64,000 bases of DNA from an uncultured bacterium (GTDB lineage: Bacteria > Eisenbacteria > RBG-16-71-46 > CAIMUX01). Made by a program: the position numbers and the translations under genes. The notes under the pieces are model-generated. The model searched no databases. It had not been told where the DNA came from and saw nothing but the letters and a program-made list of their open reading frames with translations. This document shows, one piece after another, positions 10,801 through 21,542 of the stretch. Where the stretch lies: assembly GCA_964631125.1 (NCBI GenBank), contig CAZVYN010000005.1, positions 34,230 to 98,229 on the forward strand, in the 5' to 3' direction. How positions within the stretch are numbered: the stretch's first letter is position 1; each line of letters begins with the position of its first letter.

Positions 10801-11147
10801 AAATTGTCCAGTCCGAACTCCTCGATGTCCTTCTTCGAATTGAAACCAAGCTCTCGCTCTGTCTCCACCTCGAGCCAGAGGCCTTGGCAGTCGAAGCCGT
10901 TCTGCCATCGCTGATCGAAGCCGTTCATGGCCCGATGTCGTTGGAAGACGTCCTTGTACGTGCGTCCCCAGGCGTGATGCACGCCCATCGGATTGTTGGC
11001 GGTGATCGGCCCGTCGATGAACGACCACTTCGGACCGCCCGCGACCTGTTCTCGCAGTTGGTCGAAGATCGCCTCTCGGCGCCAGAACTCGAGGATTTCG
11101 TGCTCTAGCTGGATGAAATCGCGCTTGGGATCAACGGGGCGGAACAT
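7869..11147 (-). CDS. ileS: Isoleucine--tRNA ligase (type 2)
   Basis: 1092 aa. Class I HIGH-type motif (PMGVHHAWG), KMSKS-like KPMHKSSGN, and IleS-specific blocks. Confidence 0.95.
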   Translation of the reverse strand: MFRPVDPKRDFIQLEHEILEFWRREAIFDQLREQVAGGPKWSFIDGPITANNPMGVHHAWGRTYKDVFQRHRAMNGFDQRWQNGFDCQGLWLEVETERELGFNSKKDIEEFGLDNFSRACRARVEKFSKVQTEQSIRLGQWMRWDDSYYTMTDRNIEYIWHFLEKTHEKGWLYRAARSMPWCTRCGTSLSQHELADGYDDTIDESVYLRFPLLDESGEQGSVRESGESLLVWTTTPWTLPANVAAAVNPELDYVKVRQGEHVYYASAGTREKLFKKEGEVLETVKGAALVGRRYLGPYDDLPAANEAAAAHQVIAWSEVGETDGTGIVHIAPGCGAEDFQLGKDLGLPLIAPIDGAGIYEPGFGFLTGQDVHHVEKSVLQDLKQKGLFFRQESYKHRYPFCWRCKEKLVFRIEREWFIRCDEIRPLMMAQAEQVRWIPESVGKRTKDWYTNMGDWCISRKRYWGLPLPFYFTDDGELVVVGSRERLRELAVDPAKVDALPELHRPWIDEIEIVSPVSGKIARRVKDVGDCWLDAGIVCFSTLGYLEDRAQWERWYPAEFVCEMREQVRLWFYAMMFAAVTLDGRAPYRTVLSHEKVYDEKGKPMHKSSGNAIWFDVAVEKMGADVMRWLYCGYNPSMNLRFGYKAADDVRRKILTLWNVYGFFVTYAELDGFDPTTDPIEETLGQSVNPLDRWILSELHQLAADLGRGLEEFDTLSAVRRTEEFIDGLSTWYVRRSRRRCWKSSADLDKAFTYRTLHHVLLTLVELLAPITPFLSEEIYRNLSAGQREKERIESESAGADAPRARLWPESVHLRPYPKPRFELIDAELNTRIERLLAAVRLGRSAREKVQIKVRQPLPRIWVLNPRAASADPSERVLADDLLGDLAEELNVREVLTTGDLSRLTDRHVKLNFPVLGARLGEEMKEVARLAKAGEWRIDGERNLIVGHERLSPEEYELTYEGRDGLVAAGGRDLVVILDPTVSDDLRREGYAREIVRAIQELRKQANYRVDQRIVVFLLTEDPRVGEVTLAHGEYIRRETLADRLDLASARESTAGALSFDQQQEVEVDDGLVVIVGVRRVESQERPAAERNR

Positions 11148-11209
11148 GTGCGGCTTCCTGTCCGAGGGCTGAGGCGGTCGTCCGTTCGGCGGCGGGGCGT
11201 CCCCGTCGA

Positions 11210-11857
11210 TCAGAGCGAAGGACGGGTCAGTTCGTCGTGCTGGAGAGCATAGGCCAAGCCCTCCAGCTCGATCGTGATGTTGACGTTTCTCACCCGTACG
11301 GGCTCGGTCGTCTCCGGCTTGATGGGAGCGAAGTTCAAGAACCCGCGCACGCCGGCTCGGGTCAGTCGTTCGATCACCTCTTGCGCCGCGTGCGCCGGAG
11401 TCACGATAACCGCAACCTCCGCGCCGGTGCGGGCGACGACCTCTTCGGCCTCAGAGATCGCGTTGACCGCGATGCCGTCCCACGACCGACCGAGTTTCTC
11501 CGGATCGTTGTCGAGGATCCCGACGATATGGAACCCGCGCTTCGCGAAGTCCTTGTACGAGAAGAGCGCCGAGCCGAGGTGTCCGGCGCCGACAAGGAGC
11601 ACATTCCACTGTCGGTCCAAGCCGAGGATCGCCCGCAGCCGCTCCCGCAGATCGGAAACGGAGTAGCCTCTCCCGCGCTTGCCGAAGTTACCGAAGTAGG
11701 AGAGGTCCTTCCTCACTTGCGCGGAGTTCGTGCCGGTCATGCGCGCGAGCGACGCCGAAGAGACCACGTCGTCGCTCTCTCTCTCCAGCTCGTCCAGGAT
11801 GCGGTAGTACATCGACAGTCGACGCACGGTGTAGTCCGACACTCGTGCTCGATCCAA
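11210..11857 (-). CDS. rex: Redox-sensing transcriptional repressor Rex
   Basis: N-terminal winged helix (RLSMYYRILDEL) and Rossmann NADH-binding GAGHLG, the typical Rex architecture. Confidence 0.9.
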   Translation of the reverse strand: MDRARVSDYTVRRLSMYYRILDELERESDDVVSSASLARMTGTNSAQVRKDLSYFGNFGKRGRGYSVSDLRERLRAILGLDRQWNVLLVGAGHLGSALFSYKDFAKRGFHIVGILDNDPEKLGRSWDGIAVNAISEAEEVVARTGAEVAVIVTPAHAAQEVIERLTRAGVRGFLNFAPIKPETTEPVRVRNVNITIELEGLAYALQHDELTRPSL

Positions 11858-11944
11858 TACGTCTCCGCCGTCGTGGGACGCGTGCTCTCTTTCGATGTCG
11901 CCGGGTCGTGCGGACTTCGGGTCCAGAGTCGACTTCCTCTCTCG

Positions 11945-14509
11945 CTATTCTTCGTCGTCCACCGAGTCGGTTGGCTCGTCGTCCGTCCCGAGATCGTCCT
12001 GGATCTCGAGAGGACCCGAGAGCAGGGCGGAAGTCGCGTCGCCCGCCGGCTCCCCCGCGCTGACCTTGCTCTGGACGTCCAACTCCAGCAACGCCACGTC
12101 CGCCACGCGATCGCCTTCGTCGAGCTGGATCAGCTTCACGCCTTGCGTGGCCCGGCCGAGGAGCGACACTTGCGAAACGGGCACGCGGATGATGATACCG
12201 CCGGTCGCCATTATGATCAGTTCATCGGCGTCGCTGACGGGATGGATCGAGACAACCTGACCGACTCTCGTGGAGGTTCCCAGCGTGAGCACGCCGCGTC
12301 CTCCGCGGAAGGTCTTGCGGTAGTCCTCCAGCCGGCTGCGCTTCCCGAATCCCCTCTCGGTCACGACCAAGATCTCCGTCGTCGGGCTCTCTACGACCAC
12401 CATGCCGACGACGGCGTCGTCCTCGCCGTTGAGGGTGACGCCACGGACGCCCGCTGCGTTCCGACCCATCGGACGCACGTCGGACTCCTCGAACCGGATC
12501 GCCCGACCCTTCCTTGTCGCGAGGAGTAGCTCGCGCGCGCCGTTGGTGAGTCCGGCCCCGATCAACGCGTCCCCTTCACGAAGGTCGACCGCGACGATTC
12601 CTGCCCGGCGAGGATTCCCATACGCGTTCAGCGGCGTTTTCTTGATCGTGCCTTTGCGCGTCGCCAACACCAGATAGAGATCGGGACTGAAGGCGCGCAC
12701 CGGCACGAACGCCGTGATCCGCTCATCGTTGGCGGCGGAGACCAGATTCCTGAGGGAACGGCCCCGCGCCTGCCGCGTTCCGGACGGAATCTCGTGCACC
12801 TTCAACCAGTAGCACCGACCGCGATCCGAGAAGAGCAGGACATAGCTATGCGTGGAAGCGACGAAGACATGCTCGACGAAATCCTCTTCCTTGGTGGTCG
12901 CGGCTGTCAGACCACGACCTCCTCGGTTCTGACTCCGGTAGCTGTTCAACGCCACGCGTTTCGTGTACCCGGCGTGCGAGACCGTGATGACCATGTCCTC
13001 GTCCGGGATCAGGTCTTCGATGACGAAGCTGCCGCCGTCGCCGGTCGGAATGATCTCGGTGCGACGCGGGTCGGCGAACCTGTCCTTGATGTCGATGAGG
13101 TCCTTCTCGATCAGGAGCAGGACCTTCTCTCGGCTCGCCAAAGTCGCTTGCAGGTCTGCAATCCGCGCGCTGACCGCTTCGAATTCGTCGTCGAGCTTCT
13201 GACGCTCCAGGCCGGTCAAGCGCTGCAGACGCAACTCGAGGATCGCGTTGGCTTGCACCTCGGTCAGGTCGAAGCCCTCCATCAAGCCCCGACGCGCCGA
13301 TTCCACATCCGGGCTGTTGCGGATGGTCGTGATGATCGCGTCGAGGTGATCGAGGGCGGCCCGCAAGCCCTGCAGGATGTGCGCGCGGCGCTCCGCTTCT
13401 CGCAGTTCGAATCCGCTCCGGCGGACGATCACCTCCAGACGATGATCGATGAACGCCTGGAGAATCTCCTTCAGGTTCATCACCTTCGGACGGTTCTTGT
13501 CCAACGCGAGCATGTTCGCGCCGAAGGTCGTCTGCATCTGGGTGTGCTTGTAGAGCTGATTGAGGACGACTTGTCCCTGGGCGTCGCGCCGCAGCTCGAT
13601 GACGACCCGCATGCCCTCGCGGTCGGATTCGTCGCGAACATCGGAAATGCCTGAGATGGTGCCCGTCTTCACCAGGTCCGCGATCCGCTCGATCATCGTG
13701 GCCTTGTTCACCTGATACGGGATCTGCGTGACGATGATCGCGTCGCGACCGTTCTTGAGCTGATCGATCTCGGCTCTGGCTCGGACCGTGATCAGCCCGC
13801 GGCCTGTGTGGTAGCAGTCGCGAATTCCTTGGGTGCCGACGATCATCGCCGCGGTCGGAAAGTCGGGTCCCTTCACGTGCCGCATGAGATCGGCCACCGA
13901 GCAGTCGGGGTTGGCGATCAGATGGATCAAGGCGTCGACCACTTCGCCGACGTTGTGGGTCGGAATGTTCGTCGCCATCCCGACCGCGATCCCGGAAGCT
14001 CCGTTCACGATGAGGTTGGGGAAGGTGCTCGGGAGGACAACCGGCTCTTCGCGGCTGTCGTCGTAGTTCGGCCGGAAGTCGACCGTCTCCTTCTCCAGAT
14101 CGGCCAGCATCATCTCGGCGATCTCGGTCAGGCGCGCTTCCGTGTACCGCTCGGCCGCCGCGGTGTCCCCGTCGACCGAGCCGAAGTTCCCCTGCCCGTC
14201 GATGAGCGGATGGCGGAGCGAGAAGTCCTGCACCAAGCGGACGAGCGTGTCGTAGACCGCCGTCGTGCCGTGCGGATGGTAGTTACCGGTGACGTCTCCG
14301 GTGATCTTGGCCGACTTGCGGTACGGCCTGTCGTGGGCGAGCGACAGGTCGTTCATGGCCACCAAGATCCGACGATGAACGGGCTTGAGGCCGTCGCGGA
14401 CATCGGGCAGCGCGCGCGAGACGATGACGCTCATCGAATAATCGATGTAGCTCTTCTTCATCTCCTCTTCGATGCGCGTCGGTACGATTCTCTGTTCGTC
14501 GATCTCCAT
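11945..14509 (-). CDS. gyrA: DNA gyrase subunit A
   Basis: Active-site region KSARITGDVTGNYHPHGD-like (AKITGDVTGNYHPHGT), GyrA-box-containing C-terminal beta-pinwheel repeats, acidic tail. Confidence 0.95.
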   Translation of the reverse strand: MEIDEQRIVPTRIEEEMKKSYIDYSMSVIVSRALPDVRDGLKPVHRRILVAMNDLSLAHDRPYRKSAKITGDVTGNYHPHGTTAVYDTLVRLVQDFSLRHPLIDGQGNFGSVDGDTAAAERYTEARLTEIAEMMLADLEKETVDFRPNYDDSREEPVVLPSTFPNLIVNGASGIAVGMATNIPTHNVGEVVDALIHLIANPDCSVADLMRHVKGPDFPTAAMIVGTQGIRDCYHTGRGLITVRARAEIDQLKNGRDAIIVTQIPYQVNKATMIERIADLVKTGTISGISDVRDESDREGMRVVIELRRDAQGQVVLNQLYKHTQMQTTFGANMLALDKNRPKVMNLKEILQAFIDHRLEVIVRRSGFELREAERRAHILQGLRAALDHLDAIITTIRNSPDVESARRGLMEGFDLTEVQANAILELRLQRLTGLERQKLDDEFEAVSARIADLQATLASREKVLLLIEKDLIDIKDRFADPRRTEIIPTGDGGSFVIEDLIPDEDMVITVSHAGYTKRVALNSYRSQNRGGRGLTAATTKEEDFVEHVFVASTHSYVLLFSDRGRCYWLKVHEIPSGTRQARGRSLRNLVSAANDERITAFVPVRAFSPDLYLVLATRKGTIKKTPLNAYGNPRRAGIVAVDLREGDALIGAGLTNGARELLLATRKGRAIRFEESDVRPMGRNAAGVRGVTLNGEDDAVVGMVVVESPTTEILVVTERGFGKRSRLEDYRKTFRGGRGVLTLGTSTRVGQVVSIHPVSDADELIIMATGGIIIRVPVSQVSLLGRATQGVKLIQLDEGDRVADVALLELDVQSKVSAGEPAGDATSALLSGPLEIQDDLGTDDEPTDSVDDEE

Positions 14510-14588
14510 GCTCCCTCACTCTACCTGTGCTCGCGCGTGACCTGTTCTCGCCTGATGGCCGCGCGGCCGTCCGCGCTCCGCTCGGGGG

Positions 14589-16815
<2,227 letters not shown>

Positions 16816-16818
16816 CGC

Positions 16819-17973
16819 CTAGCGGTGGGCGGGCGCCTCTCCCGCGGCGGAGACTATTTCCTCGCCGGGCAGGCGCAGCGGCATCACCAGGCACAGCAGG
16901 TCTGGTTGTCCGTCGGCGACAACCGGCGTGATGAGTCCGGCGCTCGTCGGCTCCTGGAATGCGAGTTCGAGTTCCTCTGCATCGGTCGTGCGCAGGAGTT
17001 CGAGGAGGAAGTTGGCGTTGTATCCGATGTGGAACGGCGGTCCGTCGTACCTGAGCGGGACGACATCCTCCGCCTCGCCGACGCTCTGTGTCGCCACGCT
17101 GACGCGGAGACTCCCTTCACTCAGGGAGAGTTTCACTTGGCGCGTCATGCTCTCGCTGAAAACCACGACACGTCGGAGCACGCCGAGGAAGTCATCGCGG
17201 CGCACGAACGCACGCTTGTCGGGCTGACACCTGGCGATCACATCGGGATAGTTCGGGAAGCGCCCGTCGAGCAGTCGTGTATAGAGACGCGATGTGCCGA
17301 GGTTGAACAAGCAGTAGCGGCGGTTCGTGCTCAAGGAGACCGACTCCTGCGCTTCTCCGAGCAGCCGTTGTACGATCGCCAAAGCCTTCGGCGGAATGAT
17401 GATATCGCCCCACGTGCTGTAGTCGCCGCGCGCCTCGGCGCGCGCCAGTCGGTGTCCGTCGGTCGCGACGAAACGCAGGGCGCCTTCCACCACATGGACA
17501 TAGACGCCGGTCATCTCTGGCCGCGTGTTGTCGGTCGATACCGCGTAAGCCGTCTGCCGGATCAGACGCTCCAGCACCTCCACCGGCGCGGCAAAGATCT
17601 TCTCTTCGCTCAGAGAGGGGACTTCCGGGAATTCGTCCGGATCGGGTCCGACCAGGCGGTACCTCCCCTGACCACACGTCAGCGTCAGCCCGCCGCCCGT
17701 TCCCTTCACTTGGACGGCATCGCTGGGAAGTTCTTTCACGACCTCCAAGAAGCGCCTCGCGGGAATCGCCGCCACCCCCGGCTCGTCAACGACACCGCGC
17801 GCACTGGCGAGGAGAAACGTGTCGAGATCGGTTGCCTGGAAGGTGATGGTTCCGTCTTTGGCGGCTTCCACGAGGACGGATCCGAGGCTGGGATTCGCGG
17901 CTCGGGTCGGAACGACACTAGCGACGAGCTGAAGACACCGATGCAGTTCCGACTGCACGAGAGAAAAGCGCAT
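16819..17973 (-). CDS. dnaN: DNA polymerase III beta sliding clamp
   Basis: 384 aa. Three-domain clamp, with the N-terminal TDLD...LASARG-like region and C-terminal pocket residues. Confidence 0.9.
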   Translation of the reverse strand: MRFSLVQSELHRCLQLVASVVPTRAANPSLGSVLVEAAKDGTITFQATDLDTFLLASARGVVDEPGVAAIPARRFLEVVKELPSDAVQVKGTGGGLTLTCGQGRYRLVGPDPDEFPEVPSLSEEKIFAAPVEVLERLIRQTAYAVSTDNTRPEMTGVYVHVVEGALRFVATDGHRLARAEARGDYSTWGDIIIPPKALAIVQRLLGEAQESVSLSTNRRYCLFNLGTSRLYTRLLDGRFPNYPDVIARCQPDKRAFVRRDDFLGVLRRVVVFSESMTRQVKLSLSEGSLRVSVATQSVGEAEDVVPLRYDGPPFHIGYNANFLLELLRTTDAEELELAFQEPTSAGLITPVVADGQPDLLCLVMPLRLPGEEIVSAAGEAPAHR

Positions 17974-17999
17974 GTTCCCTCCTCGAACTTGAGTCCCGA

Positions 18000-18431
18000 C
18001 ACTTCCCGCGGGCGATGGCGCGGATCCTTGCTCCCTGCCCGCCGGTCAGGTCGCCAGCCGACTTTCCGGTAGATCGTGCGCTACGGCGCGAAGCCCGGAC
18101 AGGATAGGGAATGCCCCTCGACCCGTAAACCAGGCTTTTCCTGCCCCACAACCTCTTCCCGGATCGGCGCTTAGCAGTGGTCCAGCCGGCCCCCGGCGCC
18201 CCCTCCGGAACTACTGTTTGATTCTCTAGATCTATCGTAGTCGTAGTAGTCGTGTGGACAGCGTGTCGGGGGTTCCCAATTCGGCCCAGGTTCGTCTCGG
18301 TGGCCCGTTTAACGTCTCTAGGCAATGTTGAGAGTTCGTGGATTCCGGCGACCGTTCTCCACCCCGACCCGTCGTTGCGGCTCATCCACACTGAAAGGGC
18401 CGTAATCTGTTGGTAGACATCGAGATCCAAG
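18000..18431. other. dnaA-dnaN intergenic region with DnaA-box-like motifs (candidate oriC segment II)
   Basis: A 430-bp non-coding gap holds TCATCCACA (one mismatch to TTATCCACA) near 18385, CTGTCCACA (revcomp of tgtggacag) near 18255, and a relatively AT-rich stretch (ctactgtttgattctctagatctatcgtag) near 18215-18250. Confidence 0.4.
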
Positions 18432-19838
18432 CTACACAATCTCTCTGTTGCCGTTCGCGCGCCTTTGGTGCGTCGGGTCCAATAGATCTAGCTTCATCCC
18501 CTCGACCCGCTGCTTGAATTCGGCGTCGGCCTCGATCCGGGTAGCGACCTTTCCACAGCCGTGCAGGACTGTGCTGTGGTCGCGGTTTCCGAATCGACGC
18601 CCGATGTCGACGAGCGTCAGCGTAGTCAATTGCTTCGCCAGATACATTCCAACCTGACGCGCCAGCGCGACCGAGCTGGTCCGCCGTCGACCGCGCAGCG
18701 ATTCCACGGGAAGGTCGAAATGCGAGGCGACCACCTTCTGGATGAAGAGGACGTCCGGCTGGCTCGGCGCCTGATGGCGGATGTAGTCCGCGAGGACTTC
18801 GCGGGCGAGATCGATGTGGATGGGGCTACCCGTGAGCGAAGCCAGCGCGCTCAATCGGACCAGCGACCCCTCCAGTTCGCGAATGTTCGAACGGACGTTC
18901 TCCGCTACGAAGAAAATGACTTCGTCGCTGAGTTCGACGCCCTCTCGTTCCGCCTTGTGTCGGAGAATCGCCGCACGCGTCTCCAGGTCGGGGGGCTGCA
19001 CGTCGGTGACCAGGCCCCAGTTGAACCTGGAGACCAACCGTTCTTCCAGGTCCTGGAGATCCTTCGGGGGGCGATCGCACGTGACCACCACCTGCTTGTT
19101 CGCGTCGTACAAGCTGTTGAAGGTGTGGAAGAACTCCTCTTGGGTCGACTCCTTCCCTGACATGAACTGGATGTCATCGACCAAGAGGACATCCACGCGC
19201 CGATAGAGCTCGCGGAATTCGATGGTCTTGCCTCGCTGGATCGACTCGATCATCTCGTTCATGAAGCGCTCGGCCGAGACGTACACCAGACGGGCCGTGG
19301 GGGTGCGCTGCAGCACCTCAAAGCCAACGGCCTGCATCAGATGCGTCTTGCCGAGGCCGACCCCCCCATGGATGAAGAGTGGGTTGTAGACCCGTCCCGG
19401 GTCACCCGCGACGGCCCGAGACGCCGCGAACGTGAACGCGCTCCCGCCACCGACGACAAAGTCCGCGAACGTAAAGCGGGGGTTTAGGTTGTGCGATTTG
19501 AGTGGAACTCCGTTGCGCGCGGATCGAGGCGTGGCCGAGGGGGCCGCCGGACGAGGCGCGGGGATCGGAAAACGGTCTTGATAGTCCGGTGCGACGTGGA
19601 ACCGGATCTCCGGCCCAACCCCGAACTCCGCCTCTACCGCAGCGCGCAGGAGCGGCAGATTGTGTTCCTCGAACCAATCCACGAAGAACGGATTCGGAAC
19701 CTCCAGCAGGACAACGCGATCACCAAGTTCTAGCGGTCGGATAGGGCGGTACCATGTCTCGAACTTCTGGTCCGTGACCCTCGAACGAATCTGTTCGAGG
19801 ACCCGACTCCAGCGGAGATCGGAATGTGGGATCGACAA
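18432..19838 (-). CDS. dnaA: Chromosomal replication initiator DnaA
   Basis: AAA+ motifs (NPLFIHGGVGLGKTHL, VLLVDDIQF), box VII, C-terminal DNA-binding helix (RDHSTVLHGCGKV). Track ORF extends to 20351. Start set to in-frame TTG (L172; ...DLSIPHSDLRWSRVLEQ) preceded by GGGGG. The start is uncertain. Confidence 0.8.
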   Translation of the reverse strand: MSIPHSDLRWSRVLEQIRSRVTDQKFETWYRPIRPLELGDRVVLLEVPNPFFVDWFEEHNLPLLRAAVEAEFGVGPEIRFHVAPDYQDRFPIPAPRPAAPSATPRSARNGVPLKSHNLNPRFTFADFVVGGGSAFTFAASRAVAGDPGRVYNPLFIHGGVGLGKTHLMQAVGFEVLQRTPTARLVYVSAERFMNEMIESIQRGKTIEFRELYRRVDVLLVDDIQFMSGKESTQEEFFHTFNSLYDANKQVVVTCDRPPKDLQDLEERLVSRFNWGLVTDVQPPDLETRAAILRHKAEREGVELSDEVIFFVAENVRSNIRELEGSLVRLSALASLTGSPIHIDLAREVLADYIRHQAPSQPDVLFIQKVVASHFDLPVESLRGRRRTSSVALARQVGMYLAKQLTTLTLVDIGRRFGNRDHSTVLHGCGKVATRIEADAEFKQRVEGMKLDLLDPTHQRRANGNREIV

Positions 19839-20581
19839 GTCAAAGGCCCCCAGGGAGAACGAATTGCCCACAGAGTTGTCCACACAGGGATGTGGGCGAC
19901 GTTGAGAAGTCCGGCCGAGAGCGGGCCGGCGTGGGGTAAGGCGTAGCCACAGAGGGCAGCGGTTGTGAACAACCGGCGGCACCTCTAAATCTTTATAAAA
20001 CTGAATGTTACGGTGTTGCCGACGAGTTCCACACTCACCCTGTGCATAACTGGGTCGCCGGGACGCTGAGACTTCGGAGGTTAGCCATGCTCGTGCGACG
20101 GTGGAAGTACGCGCGAACACTCCAGTTATAAACATGAGTGGTGTTCGAAAGCGGCGGTACTCTATCACGCACTCGATGGACCGGCAAACCCATTTTGGGA
20201 GGGGGATGGATTCCACCAATTCTAAGTCACGCCGGGGGTTACCCGGTCTTGGAACTCCGCCGCCGTGCCTCCGGGTCGGTCCGTCGCGACCACGAGCGGG
20301 TCCGCGGGGGCGCCGGACGCGAACCATCGTGCGGTGACGGGCGGTTTTCACGCCCGACCCGGTGGTAGATCAGCTGCGCGGCCAGGGCGCTAAACGCCAT
20401 TGACGCCAGGGACTTTGTGGGATAGCGTCCGCCCGCGCCTGCCCCCTTCTCGATGGGGCGCAGTCCGATGGCGCCCCGTTCGATGGGTTACAGTGCACGG
20501 CCGACCGGCGGAACATCGACCCGAGTCGGAGATCAGATAGCAGTCGGCTTGCCGGCTTCCGCTCGGGAAGGATACAGGGGA
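19839..20581. other. dnaA-rpmH divergent intergenic region: candidate oriC with AT-rich DUE
   Basis: A 740-bp non-coding region between divergent dnaA and rpmH. It holds a strikingly AT-rich 26-mer (ctaaatctttataaaactgaatgtta, ~19985-20012) in a ~68% GC genome. DnaA-box-like 9-mers are nearby: TTGTCCACA (~19875), TTGCCCACA (~19865), AGTTCCACA (~20025), TTATAAACA (~20125). Confidence 0.5.
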
Positions 20582-20722
20582 ATGAAGCGAACATATCAAC
20601 CGCACAACCGGAAGCGCCGCAAGGCCCATGGGTTTCGTGCACGCATGAAGTCCGCAGGGGGACGCAAGGTACTCAGCCGTCGCCGCGCCAAGGGTCGTCG
20701 GCGACTCACCGTCTCCATCTGA
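20582..20722 (+). CDS. rpmH: 50S ribosomal protein L34
   Basis: [22 protein letters not shown]... is near-invariant L34. ATG at M44 of the track ORF, preceded by AGGGGAA. Confidence 0.9.
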   Translation: MKRTYQPHNRKRRKAHGFRARMKSAGGRKVLSRRRAKGRRRLTVSI

Positions 20723-20760
20723 GACTGGAACGGCTCCGAACGCGCGATCACTACCGTCGG

Positions 20761-21132
20761 GTGTACTCCGACGGAGTCGCGAAGCGATCCGAGCACGTCG
20801 TGCTCATCTCCGCTGCGAACGGAGTGGGCTGCCGGCGCGTCGGCGTCGTGGCGAGCCGCAAGGTCGGCAACGCAGTCCGGCGGAATCGGGCCAAGCGGCT
20901 GCTTCGTGTCGCGGCCCGCGCGGTGCTGGGACCAAAGACGAACCCCGAGAACCCGTGCCGGGATCGCACGGGGTGCGATGTTGCGTTGATCGCACGCGTT
21001 GGTCTTCCAGACCAATCGTCCGTTCAGATCACCGCAGAGGTGCTTCGGCTCGCCGTCACGGCGGGCATTGTGTGCACGCTCGACATACAGTCGGCGACCG
21101 CGAGGCCAGAGTGTTCACCGACCAGGGATTGA
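20761..21132 (+). CDS. rnpA: Ribonuclease P protein component
   Basis: Immediately downstream of rpmH. Basic RnpA-like sequence (RNRAKRLLRVAAR). In-frame upstream codons (LERLRTRDHYRRVY) look like a native RnpA N-terminus, so the true start may be a non-canonical codon upstream of GTG 20761. Confidence 0.75.
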   Translation: MYSDGVAKRSEHVVLISAANGVGCRRVGVVASRKVGNAVRRNRAKRLLRVAARAVLGPKTNPENPCRDRTGCDVALIARVGLPDQSSVQITAEVLRLAVTAGIVCTLDIQSATARPECSPTRD

Positions 21133-21173
21133 GTTCGGCGTCGACAGACGCCCGTCATTCGATCGCGCATCGA

Positions 21174-21542
21174 ATGGGCAGAGGATTGTCGACCACCGTC
21201 GCCTTCGGAGCGGTCTGGACGATCCGGCTCTACCAGATCTGTGTATCCCCCTGGTTACCGTCGGCGTGCCGGTTTCAACCAACATGTTCAAGTTACGCGA
21301 TCGAGGCCGTGCATGAGCACGGCCCATGGCGCGCGCTCCCACTGGTTGCATCTCGAGTCTGGAGATGTCGCCCCGGAGTGAAGGCAGGAGTCCTGGATCC
21401 TGTGCCGTGCCGGAGTCATCGCACCGAGGAAAATCTCCATGGATCGGAGAACACTGCTCGCCTTCCTCTTGGCGACCGTCGTTCTCGTCGTGTACCAGCT
21501 GATCGCGCCCCCTCCGGGCGACCGGAACCCGCCGCGATCTGA
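21174..21542 (+). CDS. yidD: Membrane protein insertion efficiency factor YidD (C-terminally extended)
   Basis: IRLYQICVSPWLPSACRFQPTCSSYAIEAV is the YidD signature. The ORF runs about 40 aa beyond the usual YidD end and overlaps yidC by ~100 nt. Confidence 0.7.
   Translation: MGRGLSTTVAFGAVWTIRLYQICVSPWLPSACRFQPTCSSYAIEAVHEHGPWRALPLVASRVWRCRPGVKAGVLDPVPCRSHRTEENLHGSENTARLPLGDRRSRRVPADRAPSGRPEPAAI

Noticed and set aside
8055-11108. Long + strand ORFs (424 aa and 591 aa) antisense to ileS
   Set aside because: They lie entirely inside the strongly supported ileS gene on the opposite strand. Their composition is Arg/Ala/Pro/Gly-rich, as is typical of antisense frames in high-GC DNA, and they carry no domain signatures.
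11237-12529. 430-aa + strand ORF spanning rex and gyrA 3' end
   Set aside because: Antisense to rex/gyrA. It is low-complexity and has no RBS context. High-GC artefact.
19839-20351. N-terminal 171 codons of the 639-aa ORF ending in dnaA
   Set aside because: DnaA domain I homology starts at ...SDLRWSRVLEQ. The upstream part is Arg-rich, overlaps the candidate origin, and has no start/RBS logic.
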